A stretch of DNA of 64,000 nucleotides from Candidatus Bathyarchaeum sp. (GCA_026014495.1 JAOZIF010000150.1:1131-65130), one strand, 5' to 3'; positions 10,765-21,528 are shown, numbered from the stretch's first letter. Numbers and translations are program-made. The notes: a model not told the origin generated them from the sequence alone.

Positions 10765-11655
10765 GTGTGTATGAGTTTGTTTTCGGATAAGGTTCGGGAA
10801 ATCAAGTTTGATAGGACAAACGGGGCTAGCAAAATCGCCCGAAATGCTTTAGATGTGCTCAGATTCTTTGTGCAAAACCACAAAAACAGCACTCATAAAG
10901 AGTTTGTAGCAGAGTTTAGGGAACTTGGCAGAAGACTTGTTGAAGCAAGACCCAACATGGCTCCTGTCCAAAATTTGGTGGCACAAATTGTCTATGAAGT
11001 TAGCACCTTAGAAAAAAAGGATTTGATTTTTGCTCAAGAGTTTGCATTATCTAGACTAGATAAACTACACAAAGAATCTGAGACTGCTGTCAAAAAATGT
11101 GCCGAATTGGCAGCCACCATAATTCATGACTCTGATTGTCTGGCAACTTGTAGTTACAGTTCGACAGTTTGTGAGACCTTCAAAGTGGCTAAGCGTCAGG
11201 GAAAGCGCTTCAAAGTTTTTGTTGCAGAATCAAAAACTGATGATAACATGTTTTGTTATGGTCAAGACACAGCAACATTTCTTAAATCCATAGGTGTCCC
11301 TGTAGACGTTTTTCCTGATACCAAAATCTATAGGTTCGCCCCTTTGACAGACTATGTTTTGGTGGGAGTTGACAGCGTGCTTTGTGACGGGTCAATCATA
11401 AATGGCAGTCCAACTTGTGAACTTGCATTAAAGGCAAATGAATGTGGAATTCCTTTTTATTCTGTCTGTGAAACTGCAAAGGCGAACACCTTGAGTTATC
11501 TGGGCAAAAACGTTGAGTTGAAGAAAGGTTTTGACCTTGTTCCCTCTGATTTAGTAACAAAAATAATGACCGAAACAGGACCCTTAGAAGCCAACGAAAT
11601 TGTTGAGGTTATGAAAGAAAAGTCAAAGTTTTTTGAAGAATTCCATATTCCATGA
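10765..11655 (+). CDS. eIF-2B alpha/beta/delta family protein
   Basis: GAS, RPNMA, TCSYSSTV, VAES, VGVD motifs. Confidence 0.8.
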   Translation: MCMSLFSDKVREIKFDRTNGASKIARNALDVLRFFVQNHKNSTHKEFVAEFRELGRRLVEARPNMAPVQNLVAQIVYEVSTLEKKDLIFAQEFALSRLDKLHKESETAVKKCAELAATIIHDSDCLATCSYSSTVCETFKVAKRQGKRFKVFVAESKTDDNMFCYGQDTATFLKSIGVPVDVFPDTKIYRFAPLTDYVLVGVDSVLCDGSIINGSPTCELALKANECGIPFYSVCETAKANTLSYLGKNVELKKGFDLVPSDLVTKIMTETGPLEANEIVEVMKEKSKFFEEFHIP

Positions 11656-11704
11656 GAGCTTGCACTGTGAAATCAAAGAAACAACACATCGATGACATTT
11701 CATG

Positions 11705-12457
11705 TCAGTTGACTTGCAGGATATAGAAGACGTAACCGTAATAGTCTGAGTAATTGCGGAACATTTCAATCTCGGTTTCTTCACAGGCTATGTACTGCAA
11801 AGCGTCTTTGTTGTCTTTGTGTTTAACCTTCATGGCTGGAAGTTTTGCTTCTATCCAATTGTAGTAGTTATCCCACCAACTCTTTGAGGGCAAAACAAAC
11901 GAATCTATTATACGATATCCGCTTTTCTGGGCGACATCTAGATTCTCTTCTACTGTTTTAATGACTGGATACACCTGTTTCATGAATTCTACAGCTTCAT
12001 CTGGCAAATCAGGTTGTAACCACGACATTTCTGAAACAACAACGTAGCCATCTGGAGCCAACAAACGCCTCCACTCACGTAAACCCTTTTCAAACCCGAT
12101 TACAAAGATTGCGCCCTCAGACCAGATTAAATCAAAACTGTTATCTTCATAGTTTAGATTAAACATGGTTCCGTTTACTACTTTAATTCTGTCAAGCAGT
12201 CCCTCTTTTCTGGCGCTGTTTTTCAGTTGTTCCAAAAACGGCTGATGAAAATCCAAAGCAACTATTTGCCCCTTGGATAACTTTGCCAATTGGCGTGTTT
12301 GCATCCCTGGACCACAACCAATATCGAGTATGCGAGGATTTTTTGGTAAATCTTTGAGCAGCATGTAGGCTTTCCGTGTTGACTGATTGTCTCCTGGTCC
12401 TTCTCGGGGGAGACCGTTGTGAATTTCCCAAAAAACTTTCGGTAATTCTTCTGACAT
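11705..12457 (-). CDS. Class I SAM-dependent methyltransferase
   Basis: ILDIGCGPG; FDLIWSEGA. Confidence 0.9.
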   Translation of the reverse strand: MSEELPKVFWEIHNGLPREGPGDNQSTRKAYMLLKDLPKNPRILDIGCGPGMQTRQLAKLSKGQIVALDFHQPFLEQLKNSARKEGLLDRIKVVNGTMFNLNYEDNSFDLIWSEGAIFVIGFEKGLREWRRLLAPDGYVVVSEMSWLQPDLPDEAVEFMKQVYPVIKTVEENLDVAQKSGYRIIDSFVLPSKSWWDNYYNWIEAKLPAMKVKHKDNKDALQYIACEETEIEMFRNYSDYYGYVFYILQVN

Positions 12458-12664
12458 TATTGAGACGCCCGTGATTGTAGCTGGCTTTTAATATGGAAAA
12501 ATATAAAAAACTTTTGGCATCATTTCTACCATTAATTGAATCATAAATAATGTGTAAGTAAAGCTTATACAGAAAAACTTTTATATTAAGGCTTAAGTTG
12601 TTGAGAAGGAACGAGGAATGTACTGTGAGGGATCATTGGGTTCTCGAGGGACACAAAATGGGGG

Positions 12665-14191
12665 ATCGCTTTATTCGCTAGCTTCCCCAAAAAGATAAGA
12701 GTTTTTGACACTACCCTCAGAGATGGCGAACAGACCCCCGGAGTTTCTTTGACTCCAGAAAAAAAGCTTAGACTCGCTGAGAGCTTAGACCGTATCGGGG
12801 TTGATGCCATGGAGGCTGGTTTCGCCGCAGCTTCTGAAGGCGAAATGGAAGCGATAAAACTCGTTGCCGATGCAGGACTTAAAGCAAAAGTCTACAGCAT
12901 GGCTAGGGGCGTAACAAAAGACATAGACGCCGTACTGCAAACCGGCGCTGTGGGTGTGCATCTGGTTATTCCTTCATCCGATTTACATCTTCAGTACAAG
13001 CTCAAAAAGAGCAGAGAAGACGTTCTAAAAATCACAGAAGATACTACCCAATATGCTAAGGACCATGGGCTTATAGTTGAGCTTTCAGCCGAGGACGCAA
13101 CAAGAAGTGACCTTGATTTTCTTACCCAATTTTTCAAGGCAGGAGTTGCTGCAGGCGCAGACCGATTATGTCCATGTGACACTGTTGGAGTATTGATACC
13201 TGAAAGAACCAGCGTAATGTACACTGAGCTAAAGAAAAGATTACCAAACGTTCCTTTGAGTGTTCACTGTCACGACGACTTTGGGTTAGCAGTAGCTAAC
13301 TCGATAATTGCCTTAAAGTCTGGGGCAGATCAAGCTCACGTAACCATGAATGGGATGGGTGAACGGGCTGGTAACGCGTCTTTAGAGGAGCTTGCGGTTG
13401 TCCTTAAGGCACAATATAACGTGAATTTGGCGATAAAAACTGAGTTGCTTTACGAGACGTCCCGTCTGGTTTCGCGGATAACTGATTTTCATTTACAGCC
13501 AAACAAGGCAATCGTAGGTGAGAATGCCTTTGTACACGAATCTGGCATGCACACTCATGGAATATTGGCTAATCCTTCAACATATGAGCCTTTCAAGCCT
13601 GAGATGATTGGAAGAACAAGGAGAATCGCCGCTGGAAAACATTCTGGTTCAACAGGAATCAAAGCTTCTCTAAATGAGATGGGACTTGAACCCACGGACG
13701 AGCAGGTTAAAGAAATTTTTCTGCGAGTGAAAACTATAGGCGACAAGGGAAAACGTGTTTCTGATGCTGACCTGCAGGCAATCGCTGAAGCAGTTATGGG
13801 CTTGCCTGTGAGTCGTCCAATAAAGCTTGAGGAAATAACAGTTGTCACTGGTAGTGGAGTTACATCAACTGCTTCTGTTCGGCTTAACCTAAATGGTAAA
13901 ATGCTCACTGAAGCTGCTACGGGAGTTGGTCCTGTAGATGCTGCTATTACCGCTATTAAGAAGGCAGTTGGAATCGTTGAGCCAATAGAGCTAGAAAACT
14001 ATTCTGTAAAGGCTATTACGGGAGGCACAAATGCCGTAACTGAGGTAGCTGTAAGCCTCAGCAAAGGAGACAGAAAGTCCACGGCGGTTGGAGTCAACGA
14101 GGACATAGTCATAGCCAGCGTTGAGGCAATGCTTAGTGGCATGAATGTTTTGATGACAAACTATAACAACAAAAAAGTTAAGGAGTCTTGA
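12665..14191 (+). CDS. cimA: Citramalate synthase / 2-isopropylmalate synthase (DRE-TIM); start codon unresolved
   Basis: DTTLRDGEQ lies upstream of the ORF-track start; HCHDD and GERAGN motifs; C-terminal regulatory domain; cimA versus leuA not certain. Confidence 0.7.
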   Translation: MALFASFPKKIRVFDTTLRDGEQTPGVSLTPEKKLRLAESLDRIGVDAMEAGFAAASEGEMEAIKLVADAGLKAKVYSMARGVTKDIDAVLQTGAVGVHLVIPSSDLHLQYKLKKSREDVLKITEDTTQYAKDHGLIVELSAEDATRSDLDFLTQFFKAGVAAGADRLCPCDTVGVLIPERTSVMYTELKKRLPNVPLSVHCHDDFGLAVANSIIALKSGADQAHVTMNGMGERAGNASLEELAVVLKAQYNVNLAIKTELLYETSRLVSRITDFHLQPNKAIVGENAFVHESGMHTHGILANPSTYEPFKPEMIGRTRRIAAGKHSGSTGIKASLNEMGLEPTDEQVKEIFLRVKTIGDKGKRVSDADLQAIAEAVMGLPVSRPIKLEEITVVTGSGVTSTASVRLNLNGKMLTEAATGVGPVDAAITAIKKAVGIVEPIELENYSVKAITGGTNAVTEVAVSLSKGDRKSTAVGVNEDIVIASVEAMLSGMNVLMTNYNNKKVKES

Positions 14192-15897
14192 AAATGGCAA
14201 AAATGACTGGAGCGAAAGCTCTCATAGAATCTTTGAAACAAGAAAAAGTGGAAGTAATGTTTGGTATATCTGGAGGAGCACTTCTGCCCATCCACGATGT
14301 CTTATGCGACTCGGAGATACGTCACATTCTTGCTCGACATGAGCAAGGTGCAGCCCATGCAGCAGACGGTTATGCTCGGGCAAGCGGTCGTGCTGGAGTG
14401 TGTATGGCTACTTCAGGTCCTGGAGCAACAAACATTGTTACAGGATTAGCTAATGCATACTTGGATTCTTCGCCAATTGTTGCATTAACTGGGCAAGTTA
14501 ATACTCATTCCGCTAATACGTCTTACATGATTGGGCGAGACGCCTTTCAGGAAGCAGACATCATAGGAATAACCACGCCAATCACAAAGTATAATGTTCA
14601 AGTGAAGAGCGCAGCAGAGATTCCTAAGGCAGTGAAAACATCATTCTATATTGCCACAACAGGCAGACCAGGACCCACATTGATTGATCTTCCAAAGGAC
14701 ACTCAAACAGCAAAAGTTGAGATGGACTTTTCAGACAATCTACAACTCCGAGGCTACAAACCCAACACTGAACCACACCCACTTCAAATCAAAAAGGCTG
14801 TTGGGCTGCTCCTCAAGGCAGAGCGTCCCATGATACTGGCGGGAGGAGGCGTGAATCTTTCAAACGCTTCTCCAGAGCTAATGCAAATTGCTGAACTGCT
14901 AATGATGCCTGTGGCGACAACATTCATGGGAAAAAGTTGTTTCCCTGAAAACAATCCATTATCAATGGGAAACATTGGCATGCACGGAACTATGCTGGCA
15001 AACAAAATGATTTTGGAAGCTGACGTTTTGCTGGCAGTTGGAACAAGATTCCAAGATCGAAGCACAGGAACATTGGATGATTTCTGTCCTGACGCAAAAA
15101 TAATACACATTGACATCGATGCCGCGGAAATAGGAAAGAATGTTGATGTTGAAGTTCCAATTGTAGCTGACGCAAAACCAACCCTAAACCTGATTTATCA
15201 GCAGCTAGTCAAGAAAATAAAGAAGCGCGATGACACTGCATGGGCCAAAAGGGTCAAAGAAGTCAAAGAAAAGTATCTGAGCGAAATTGATCTTGGAACA
15301 GCAGAATTGACTTCTGCAAAGCTACTAAAAGAGCTTCGTAAACTTCTTCCAGAAAACGCAATAATCGCTACAGAGGTAGGTCAAAATCAGATGTGGGCTG
15401 CTTTGCATTTCCAGACAATCAAACCAAGAACATTCATCAGTTCTGGCGGCTTAGGAACTATGGGTTTTGGTTTCCCAGCATCTATTGGCGCTAAAGTAGC
15501 ATGTCCGCAATGTCCAGTTGTGGATATAGCAGGCGACGGAAGTTTCAGAATGACCGAACAAGAGCTAGGAACTTCAGTTACTGAAGACATACCTGTAATT
15601 GTGATTGTGCTTAACAATTCGATGCTGGGTATGGTGGCTCAGTGGCAACGCCTTTTCTATAAAAGCAGATACTCTGGAGTGAAACTGGGAAGTGTTCCCG
15701 ACTTTGCCAAGCTGGCTCAAGCTTACGGTGCAGAGGGAGTTCGAATTGGTTCAATTAACGAGTTTTCTGGTGCAGTGAAAAAAGCTTTAAAGTGTGAAGT
15801 AACCACGGTCATTGATGTTCCAATTTGCCCAGAGGATGATGTGTTTCCGATGGTTCCTCCGGGTAAGGGTCTAAAAGACACGATTGCGGGGATGTAG
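14188..15897 (+). CDS. ilvB: Acetolactate synthase large subunit
   Basis: RHEQGAAH, TSGPGATN, GDGSF..N TPP motif, GMVAQWQ. Confidence 0.95.
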   Translation: MKMAKMTGAKALIESLKQEKVEVMFGISGGALLPIHDVLCDSEIRHILARHEQGAAHAADGYARASGRAGVCMATSGPGATNIVTGLANAYLDSSPIVALTGQVNTHSANTSYMIGRDAFQEADIIGITTPITKYNVQVKSAAEIPKAVKTSFYIATTGRPGPTLIDLPKDTQTAKVEMDFSDNLQLRGYKPNTEPHPLQIKKAVGLLLKAERPMILAGGGVNLSNASPELMQIAELLMMPVATTFMGKSCFPENNPLSMGNIGMHGTMLANKMILEADVLLAVGTRFQDRSTGTLDDFCPDAKIIHIDIDAAEIGKNVDVEVPIVADAKPTLNLIYQQLVKKIKKRDDTAWAKRVKEVKEKYLSEIDLGTAELTSAKLLKELRKLLPENAIIATEVGQNQMWAALHFQTIKPRTFISSGGLGTMGFGFPASIGAKVACPQCPVVDIAGDGSFRMTEQELGTSVTEDIPVIVIVLNNSMLGMVAQWQRLFYKSRYSGVKLGSVPDFAKLAQAYGAEGVRIGSINEFSGAVKKALKCEVTTVIDVPICPEDDVFPMVPPGKGLKDTIAGM

Positions 15898-15900
15898 CAG

Positions 15901-16413
15901 ATGGCACAAGAACATAATCACATAATCTCTACAATAGTTGAGCACAAGCCTGGTGTTTTGTATAACGTTTCGAACCTTTTCAGGTGTAGAGGCTTTAACA
16001 TAGATAACATTACAGTTGGACCTGCCGAAGAGGTGGGATTAGCCCGAATGACCATAATGGTACGGGGCGACGACAGAACCATTGAACAGGTAATAAAACA
16101 GCTCAACAAGCTTATTGACGTCATCAAAGTTACGCGATTAAACCCAGAAAGCATTGTTACACGCGAATTAGCGCTAATCAAAGTAAACGCCACAAACACT
16201 AAAGCTCGATCAGACATCATTAATTACGCTGACATCTTCAGGGCACGAGTGGTAGACGTTTCCACCGAGTCATTGATGATGGAGCTCACTGGAACCTCAG
16301 ACAAAATAGACGCCTTTATCAACTTAATGAAGCCCTTTGGTGTTAAAGAAGTAGCTAGAACTGGAATAACTGCCCTTTCAAGAGGAGCAAAATCAGTTAA
16401 AATTGATGAATAA
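15901..16413 (+). CDS. ilvN: Acetolactate synthase small subunit
   Basis: ACT domain (KPGVL..RGFNI), KQLNKLIDV, EVARTG. Confidence 0.95.
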   Translation: MAQEHNHIISTIVEHKPGVLYNVSNLFRCRGFNIDNITVGPAEEVGLARMTIMVRGDDRTIEQVIKQLNKLIDVIKVTRLNPESIVTRELALIKVNATNTKARSDIINYADIFRARVVDVSTESLMMELTGTSDKIDAFINLMKPFGVKEVARTGITALSRGAKSVKIDE

Positions 16414-16687
16414 ACTTTAGGTCTGCACTTAAATCGGTGACAAGACCTCAATGCTTCTTTTTTTATCTTAATCAAACGGTCTATGGTTGAGGTCGTCTTT
16501 TTTGTGTTTTTCAATGGTATATTATAGTCTAATTCTGTCTTTGCTCCTTATGAGTGTCAGGTGAAACTAGTGAATTTGCTAAATTCTTTCTAGAGAACCT
16601 TGTTATGGGAAAATAAAGAAATGAAAAAGAAGAAAATATGAGATTTAGATGTAATGCACTGTTGTTAGTGCACTATTCTAACTCGTT

Positions 16688-17770
16688 TTAGTGGTTGTGG
16701 CAGCACTTTTTTGTGTCATGGGCTTGTGTGTCTGGTCGTAGTGCGCGGACTGTTTTGCCTGCTTTCCACATTTCAGAGTTGCCCATTTCTTCCAGTTCTT
16801 CAGATAGTTTTTGTGCGTAGTCTGCTTCTTTACTTTTTTCAAGAACGATTTTAACTTCTTCGCCTGTGGCTACAAGTTCGTATAGTGAGTCGAATAGTGG
16901 TTTTGTGCAGTCTCTGAATCTTTCTCTCCATCTGAGTGCGCCTATTCTTGCGGTTTCACTGCAGTTGTTATACATCCAGTCCATTCCGTTCTGGTCAACT
17001 AGTCTGATTAAGCTTTGAGTGAATTCTTCTACGGTTTCGTTGAATGCTTCGCTGGGGCTATGACCGTTTTCTCTTAGGCAGTTGTATTGTGCTTCCATTA
17101 TTCCAGCTATTGCGCCCATTAGCACTCCTCTTTCTCCTGTTAGGTCACTGTATACTTCTTTTTCGAATGTGGTTGGGAACAGGTAGCCTGAGCCGATGGC
17201 TATTCCGATTGCTTTTACTCTGTCTTGTGCTTTTCCTGTGTAGTCTTGATGGACAGCATAGCTGCTGTTTATTCCGCTGCCTGCCACAAAGTTTCTTCTT
17301 ACGGATGTTCCAGAGCCTTTTGGCGCAACCAAAATAACGTCAATGTTTTCTGGAGGAACCACGCCTGTTTGGTCTCTGTACACTATCGAGAATCCGTGAG
17401 AGAAGTAGAGTGCGTCTCCCTCTTTTAGGGTGGGTTTGATTGTTGGCCACACTGCTTTTTGTGCCGCGTCAGTTAGCAGATACATTTTGATGGTTCCTTT
17501 TTGTGCAGCTTCTTTAGTCGAGAAAAGTGTCTTGCCTGGAATCCATCCGTCTTCTAGTGCTTGTTCCCAGTTCTTTGTAAACCTTTTTTCTTGTCCAATG
17601 ATAACGCAAAGTCCATTATCTCTCATGTTTAATGATTGTGCTCGTCCTTGAATTCCGTATCCTAGGACAGCAATTGTTTCTTTTTTTAGAATTTCTTTGG
17701 CTTTATCTACCGTAAATTCTTCTCTTGTTAATACATTTTCTTTTATTCCGCCGAAGTCTAATTCAACCAA
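16688..17770 (-). CDS. ilvC: Ketol-acid reductoisomerase
   Basis: GYGIQG, FSHGF, VAPKG, SDLTGER motifs; TTG start after GAGGAG. Confidence 0.95.
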   Translation of the reverse strand: MVELDFGGIKENVLTREEFTVDKAKEILKKETIAVLGYGIQGRAQSLNMRDNGLCVIIGQEKRFTKNWEQALEDGWIPGKTLFSTKEAAQKGTIKMYLLTDAAQKAVWPTIKPTLKEGDALYFSHGFSIVYRDQTGVVPPENIDVILVAPKGSGTSVRRNFVAGSGINSSYAVHQDYTGKAQDRVKAIGIAIGSGYLFPTTFEKEVYSDLTGERGVLMGAIAGIMEAQYNCLRENGHSPSEAFNETVEEFTQSLIRLVDQNGMDWMYNNCSETARIGALRWRERFRDCTKPLFDSLYELVATGEEVKIVLEKSKEADYAQKLSEELEEMGNSEMWKAGKTVRALRPDTQAHDTKKCCHNH

Positions 17771-17947
17771 TGTTGACTCCTCACACACGGTCTATTAACA
17801 GGTTGCAGTTTATAAAAAATTCTTTTTTTGTTTAGCTACATGTAATTGTCTGACCTGCAATATTCCCATTTTTGGTATATGATTTGTTACAGAGGATGCT
17901 ATTTATAGAAAATTGCTGGCTCTGTTCTAGTAATGGAATGTTGTAAT

Positions 17948-18184
17948 ATGAGAAGTTCCTTTGATATAATCGCTGAAATTCTTGAAACTGCTAAAAATGG
18001 CGCAAAAAAGACACGCATTATGTATTCTTGTGGACTTAGTTACCTGTTTGTCCAGAAATATTTGGACCTCTTGCTGGAAACTGGTCTTCTTAGATTAGGC
18101 AATTCTTATCAGACAACTGATAAAGGCATGGGATTTCTTAGTAAATACCAACGATTAGATTTACTGCTTAACACAAGAAATTGA
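17948..18184 (+). CDS. Archaeal winged-helix transcription regulator
   Basis: RSSFDIIAEIL..KTRIMY..LSY...YL..L...GLL...Y.TTDKG pattern. Confidence 0.85.
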   Translation: MRSSFDIIAEILETAKNGAKKTRIMYSCGLSYLFVQKYLDLLLETGLLRLGNSYQTTDKGMGFLSKYQRLDLLLNTRN

Positions 18185-18233
18185 TTAAACCCTTCGGGAA
18201 AAGGTTTTATTTTCTCTTTGAGAGACTTTAATT

Positions 18234-18407
18234 ATGATAACTAAAATATTTACAGATGAAGAGCGCCAAATCTTGGAATCACATCTCATTAATGCTAAGG
18301 TTGACAAAGCTGCACTCACTGAACTTCTTGACCAAATAACGAACCAGAAAAGCTTGTTTGATGACGTTTTCTTGTATCTTCAAGTTAAGAAAACGCTTAC
18401 TTCCTGA
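18234..18407 (+). CDS. 57-aa hypothetical protein (MITKIFTDEERQILESHL...)
   Basis: Open ATG..TGA frame with upstream AAAGGTTTTAT promoter-like sequence; below the ORF-track cutoff. Confidence 0.6.
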   Translation: MITKIFTDEERQILESHLINAKVDKAALTELLDQITNQKSLFDDVFLYLQVKKTLTS

Positions 18408-18453
18408 AAAAAGCTTGTTTTCAACAATGAACCTCTATTAGTCTCCTAATATG
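18404..18453 (+). repeat. Dispersed ~50-bp element, copy A
   Basis: ctgaaaaaagcttgttttcaacaatgaacctctattagtctcctaatatg; matches copies B-D. Confidence 0.9.
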
Positions 18454-18606
18454 GCTGGGCTCTTTGTCTACTTTAGTTCCTGTAACAATAACAAAACATG
18501 ACCTCTTGGAATTATTAACCTAAACTATAGGTCAAATACGAAAAGGTTTTTAGTTCCGTCCTATTACAAAAGAGACAAAACGTAGTTCATGTATGAGGTG
18601 ATTTGT

Positions 18607-19341
18607 GTGTCTGTATTTGCCGCACCGGGAGCTTACGATCGTGCCATCACAGTATTTTCTCCAGATGGTCGTCTATTTCAGGTCGAATATGCCCTAGAGA
18701 CTGTGAATCGTGGGGCAACCATCATTGGAATTGCTTGTGCTGGAGGAGTTGTTTTAGGTGCAGAAGAAAAAATTGAGACTCCTTTGCAAGATCCGACTTT
18801 TACTTGGAAACTTTATGGTGTTGATGATCATCTTGGAGCAGCAGTTGTTGGTTTGGGATCTGATGCTCGGATACTAATTGATCAGGCTAGAATCTATGCA
18901 CAAAGCAACAGGTTAACGTATGATGAACCAATTGATGTTGAAATAATGACTAAACGTGTTGGGGATGTAAAACAGCTTTACACTCAGCATGCAGGTGTAA
19001 GACCTTTTGGTGTTTCAATCATTTTTGGTGGAGTAGACAAAACTGGAAACAGAGTATTTGCAACCGATCCAAGTGGTTCCTACCGGGGCTACAAGGCAGT
19101 TGCTGTGGGCATTGGTCGTGAGACTGTAGAGGGCATCTTGAAAGAAGAGTATAATGAAGACCTTAGTTTGGATGATGCTGTTAAACTTGCTGTTAAATGT
19201 CTAACACGCGGCCTCGAAGCTAGAGGCGAGCCCAAAAGAATCAAAATAAGTGTTATTCCCGTGGATACAAAGAAGATCCAAGCACTAAACGACGAAGCAA
19301 TTGAGACTATCCAAAGAGGGCTTGAGGGCAGTGGAACTTAA
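18607..19341 (+). CDS. psmA: Proteasome alpha subunit
   Basis: YDRAITVFSPDGRLFQVEYA; GTG start after GAGGTG. Confidence 0.97.
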   Translation: MSVFAAPGAYDRAITVFSPDGRLFQVEYALETVNRGATIIGIACAGGVVLGAEEKIETPLQDPTFTWKLYGVDDHLGAAVVGLGSDARILIDQARIYAQSNRLTYDEPIDVEIMTKRVGDVKQLYTQHAGVRPFGVSIIFGGVDKTGNRVFATDPSGSYRGYKAVAVGIGRETVEGILKEEYNEDLSLDDAVKLAVKCLTRGLEARGEPKRIKISVIPVDTKKIQALNDEAIETIQRGLEGSGT

Positions 19342-20033
19342 TGAGCGAACGTTACACCATAGCACGCATCACACATGATGGCGAGCACTTCGAAATTCTA
19401 ACAAAACCTGATCGTGCTCTTCCCTATAAGCTAGGGAAAATCTCTTCTTCTATATCCGAAGTTCTGGTTACAGACACAATTTTTGTTGATGCTGGCAAAG
19501 GAACAAAAGCCTCAGAAGAAAAACTGCAGGAAATCTTTGGAACCACAGACCCGCTAAAAATAGCTGACGTGATTATTAAGAAGGGTACCTTGCAGTTAAC
19601 TACCGAACAACGGAAACAGCTTGTTGAAGAAAAACGGCGCCAAATTATTTCGTTTATATCACGTGAATGTATTGATCCAAAAACAAATCTTCCTCATCCA
19701 CCCGTGCGGATTGAACAGGCAATGAAGCAACTTCACTACTCTATAGATGCTTCTAAAAGTGTGGAAGAGCAGTCAAAAGAAGTAATTAAGCTCCTACGTC
19801 CAATTATTCCCCTTAAAATGGAGAAAATCTCAGTGGAAATCCACGTACCTCCCGAGCATGCTAGCAAAGTTTACGGAACCGTTAAAGGCTTCGGTACGCT
19901 AAAGAGAGACCAATGGCTGGCTGACGGGTCTTGGTCTGCAATCGTGGAAATGTCCGCTGGTATGTATGGTCCTTTTTTGGACAAGTTGGGGAAAGTGACC
20001 CGAGGAAATATTGAAGCGAAAATGGTAAAATAA
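19341..20033 (+). CDS. Ribosome maturation factor SBDS/Sdo1
   Basis: HFEIL, QLTTEQRK, DPKTNLPHPP motifs; superoperon position. Confidence 0.95.
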   Translation: MSERYTIARITHDGEHFEILTKPDRALPYKLGKISSSISEVLVTDTIFVDAGKGTKASEEKLQEIFGTTDPLKIADVIIKKGTLQLTTEQRKQLVEEKRRQIISFISRECIDPKTNLPHPPVRIEQAMKQLHYSIDASKSVEEQSKEVIKLLRPIIPLKMEKISVEIHVPPEHASKVYGTVKGFGTLKRDQWLADGSWSAIVEMSAGMYGPFLDKLGKVTRGNIEAKMVK

Positions 20034-20060
20034 TTAAAAAATTTATTGAGGTGTTAAAAT

Positions 20061-20762
20061 ATGCCCTTATTTTATGAAAAAAAACAGCTTGTAATTCCTG
20101 GTGACCTTCTCGCTGAAGGTGATTACGTATCAGGAGACAGCACCTATAAAACAGATGGAAAAATTTATGCTTGTCGTCTTGGGCTTGTCGATTACGACGG
20201 TAAAAGAGTTCACGTCGTTGCCCTAAAAGCATTTTATATTCCAGTCCCTGGAGACCTAGTTATAGGAAACGTCGTTGAAACAACACCTGGCGGTTGGGTT
20301 ATAGACATCAAAGCTCCCCATCTTGCTAGGCTTAGAGCATCTGATGTTGTTGAACGATCCTTTAAACCCGAAACAACAGATTTGCCATCAATCTTTGATG
20401 TAGGCGATCTGATAATCGCAAAGGTAGTTGCCTATGACCGAACTCGAGACCCACAGTTGAGTGTCCGTGAACCCGGTTTGGGGAAGATTATGCGGGGGCA
20501 GCTTGTTGAAGTTACTCCCACAAAGATTCCAAGAATTATTGGGAGACAGGGTTCCATGGTGGGTATGATAAAGAGGGAGACTGGCTGTCAGTTGACTATT
20601 GGTCAGAACGGTTTGGTTCTTATTAGTGGCAGGTCTGCTGAGGATGAACGGGTTGCTATTATGGCTCTTCGTAAAATTGAGCGTGAATCCCATACTAGTG
20701 GGTTAACTGACAAAGTAACTGAGATGATTAGAAAGGAAAGGAAAGCAGTTGAAAGCAAATAA
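20061..20762 (+). CDS. rrp4: Exosome RNA-binding subunit Rrp4
   Basis: VIPGDLL, S1 domain, KH domain ([10 protein letters not shown]). Confidence 0.95.
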   Translation: MPLFYEKKQLVIPGDLLAEGDYVSGDSTYKTDGKIYACRLGLVDYDGKRVHVVALKAFYIPVPGDLVIGNVVETTPGGWVIDIKAPHLARLRASDVVERSFKPETTDLPSIFDVGDLIIAKVVAYDRTRDPQLSVREPGLGKIMRGQLVEVTPTKIPRIIGRQGSMVGMIKRETGCQLTIGQNGLVLISGRSAEDERVAIMALRKIERESHTSGLTDKVTEMIRKERKAVESK

Positions 20763-20790
20763 AAAGAAACCTAAAAAAGAGGGAGAAAAG

Positions 20791-21528
20791 ATGACCTCTA
20801 AAAAATCTGAGAAATTAATTGATAAGAAAGGTATCCGTTTAGATGGACGAAAAGTAGACGAGTTACGACCAGTGAAGATGGAAGTTGGTGTTCTTCCAAA
20901 CGCAGACGGTTCAGCATATCTGGAGCAGGGAAGAAATAAGATTCTTGTAGGTGTATATGGACCTAAAGAGGCTCATCCTCGACACATAGCACAACAGGAT
21001 CGCGCTGTCATTCAATGCCGCTATCACATGGCGCCATTTTCGGTTGACGAAAGAAAGTCGCCTGCGCCTTCAAGAAGAGATATTGAACTCTCAAAGGTAA
21101 TCAGAGAAGCATTAGAGCCAGCAGTTTTTCTTGAATACTATCCTCGAACATCAATTCAAGTATATATCGAAATCTTGCAGGCAGATGGAGGAACAAGATG
21201 CGCTGGTATAACTACGGCTGCTCTTGCATTGGCAGACGCTGGAATTCCTATGCGCGACTTGGTTGTAGCTTGTGCTGCTGGCAAGGCTGGCGGAAAAATA
21301 GCTCTTGATCTTATGGACACTGAAGATAAAGTCGGTGAAGCTGATGTGCCTGTGGCTTTTATGCCTAATCTGAATGCCGTAACTTTGTTGCAGATGGATG
21401 GTAATTTGTCTGTTGACGAGTTTAATACTGCTGTTGATATGGCTATTGGTGGCTGTAAGAAGCTGTATGAAATTCAGAAGGAAGCGTTAAAATCAAAATA
21501 TGTCTCTGAGGGGGTTAAAGAAGAATGA
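20791..21528 (+). CDS. rrp41: Exosome exonuclease Rrp41
   Basis: [24 protein letters not shown]; ATG after GGAGA. Confidence 0.96.
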   Translation: MTSKKSEKLIDKKGIRLDGRKVDELRPVKMEVGVLPNADGSAYLEQGRNKILVGVYGPKEAHPRHIAQQDRAVIQCRYHMAPFSVDERKSPAPSRRDIELSKVIREALEPAVFLEYYPRTSIQVYIEILQADGGTRCAGITTAALALADAGIPMRDLVVACAAGKAGGKIALDLMDTEDKVGEADVPVAFMPNLNAVTLLQMDGNLSVDEFNTAVDMAIGGCKKLYEIQKEALKSKYVSEGVKEE

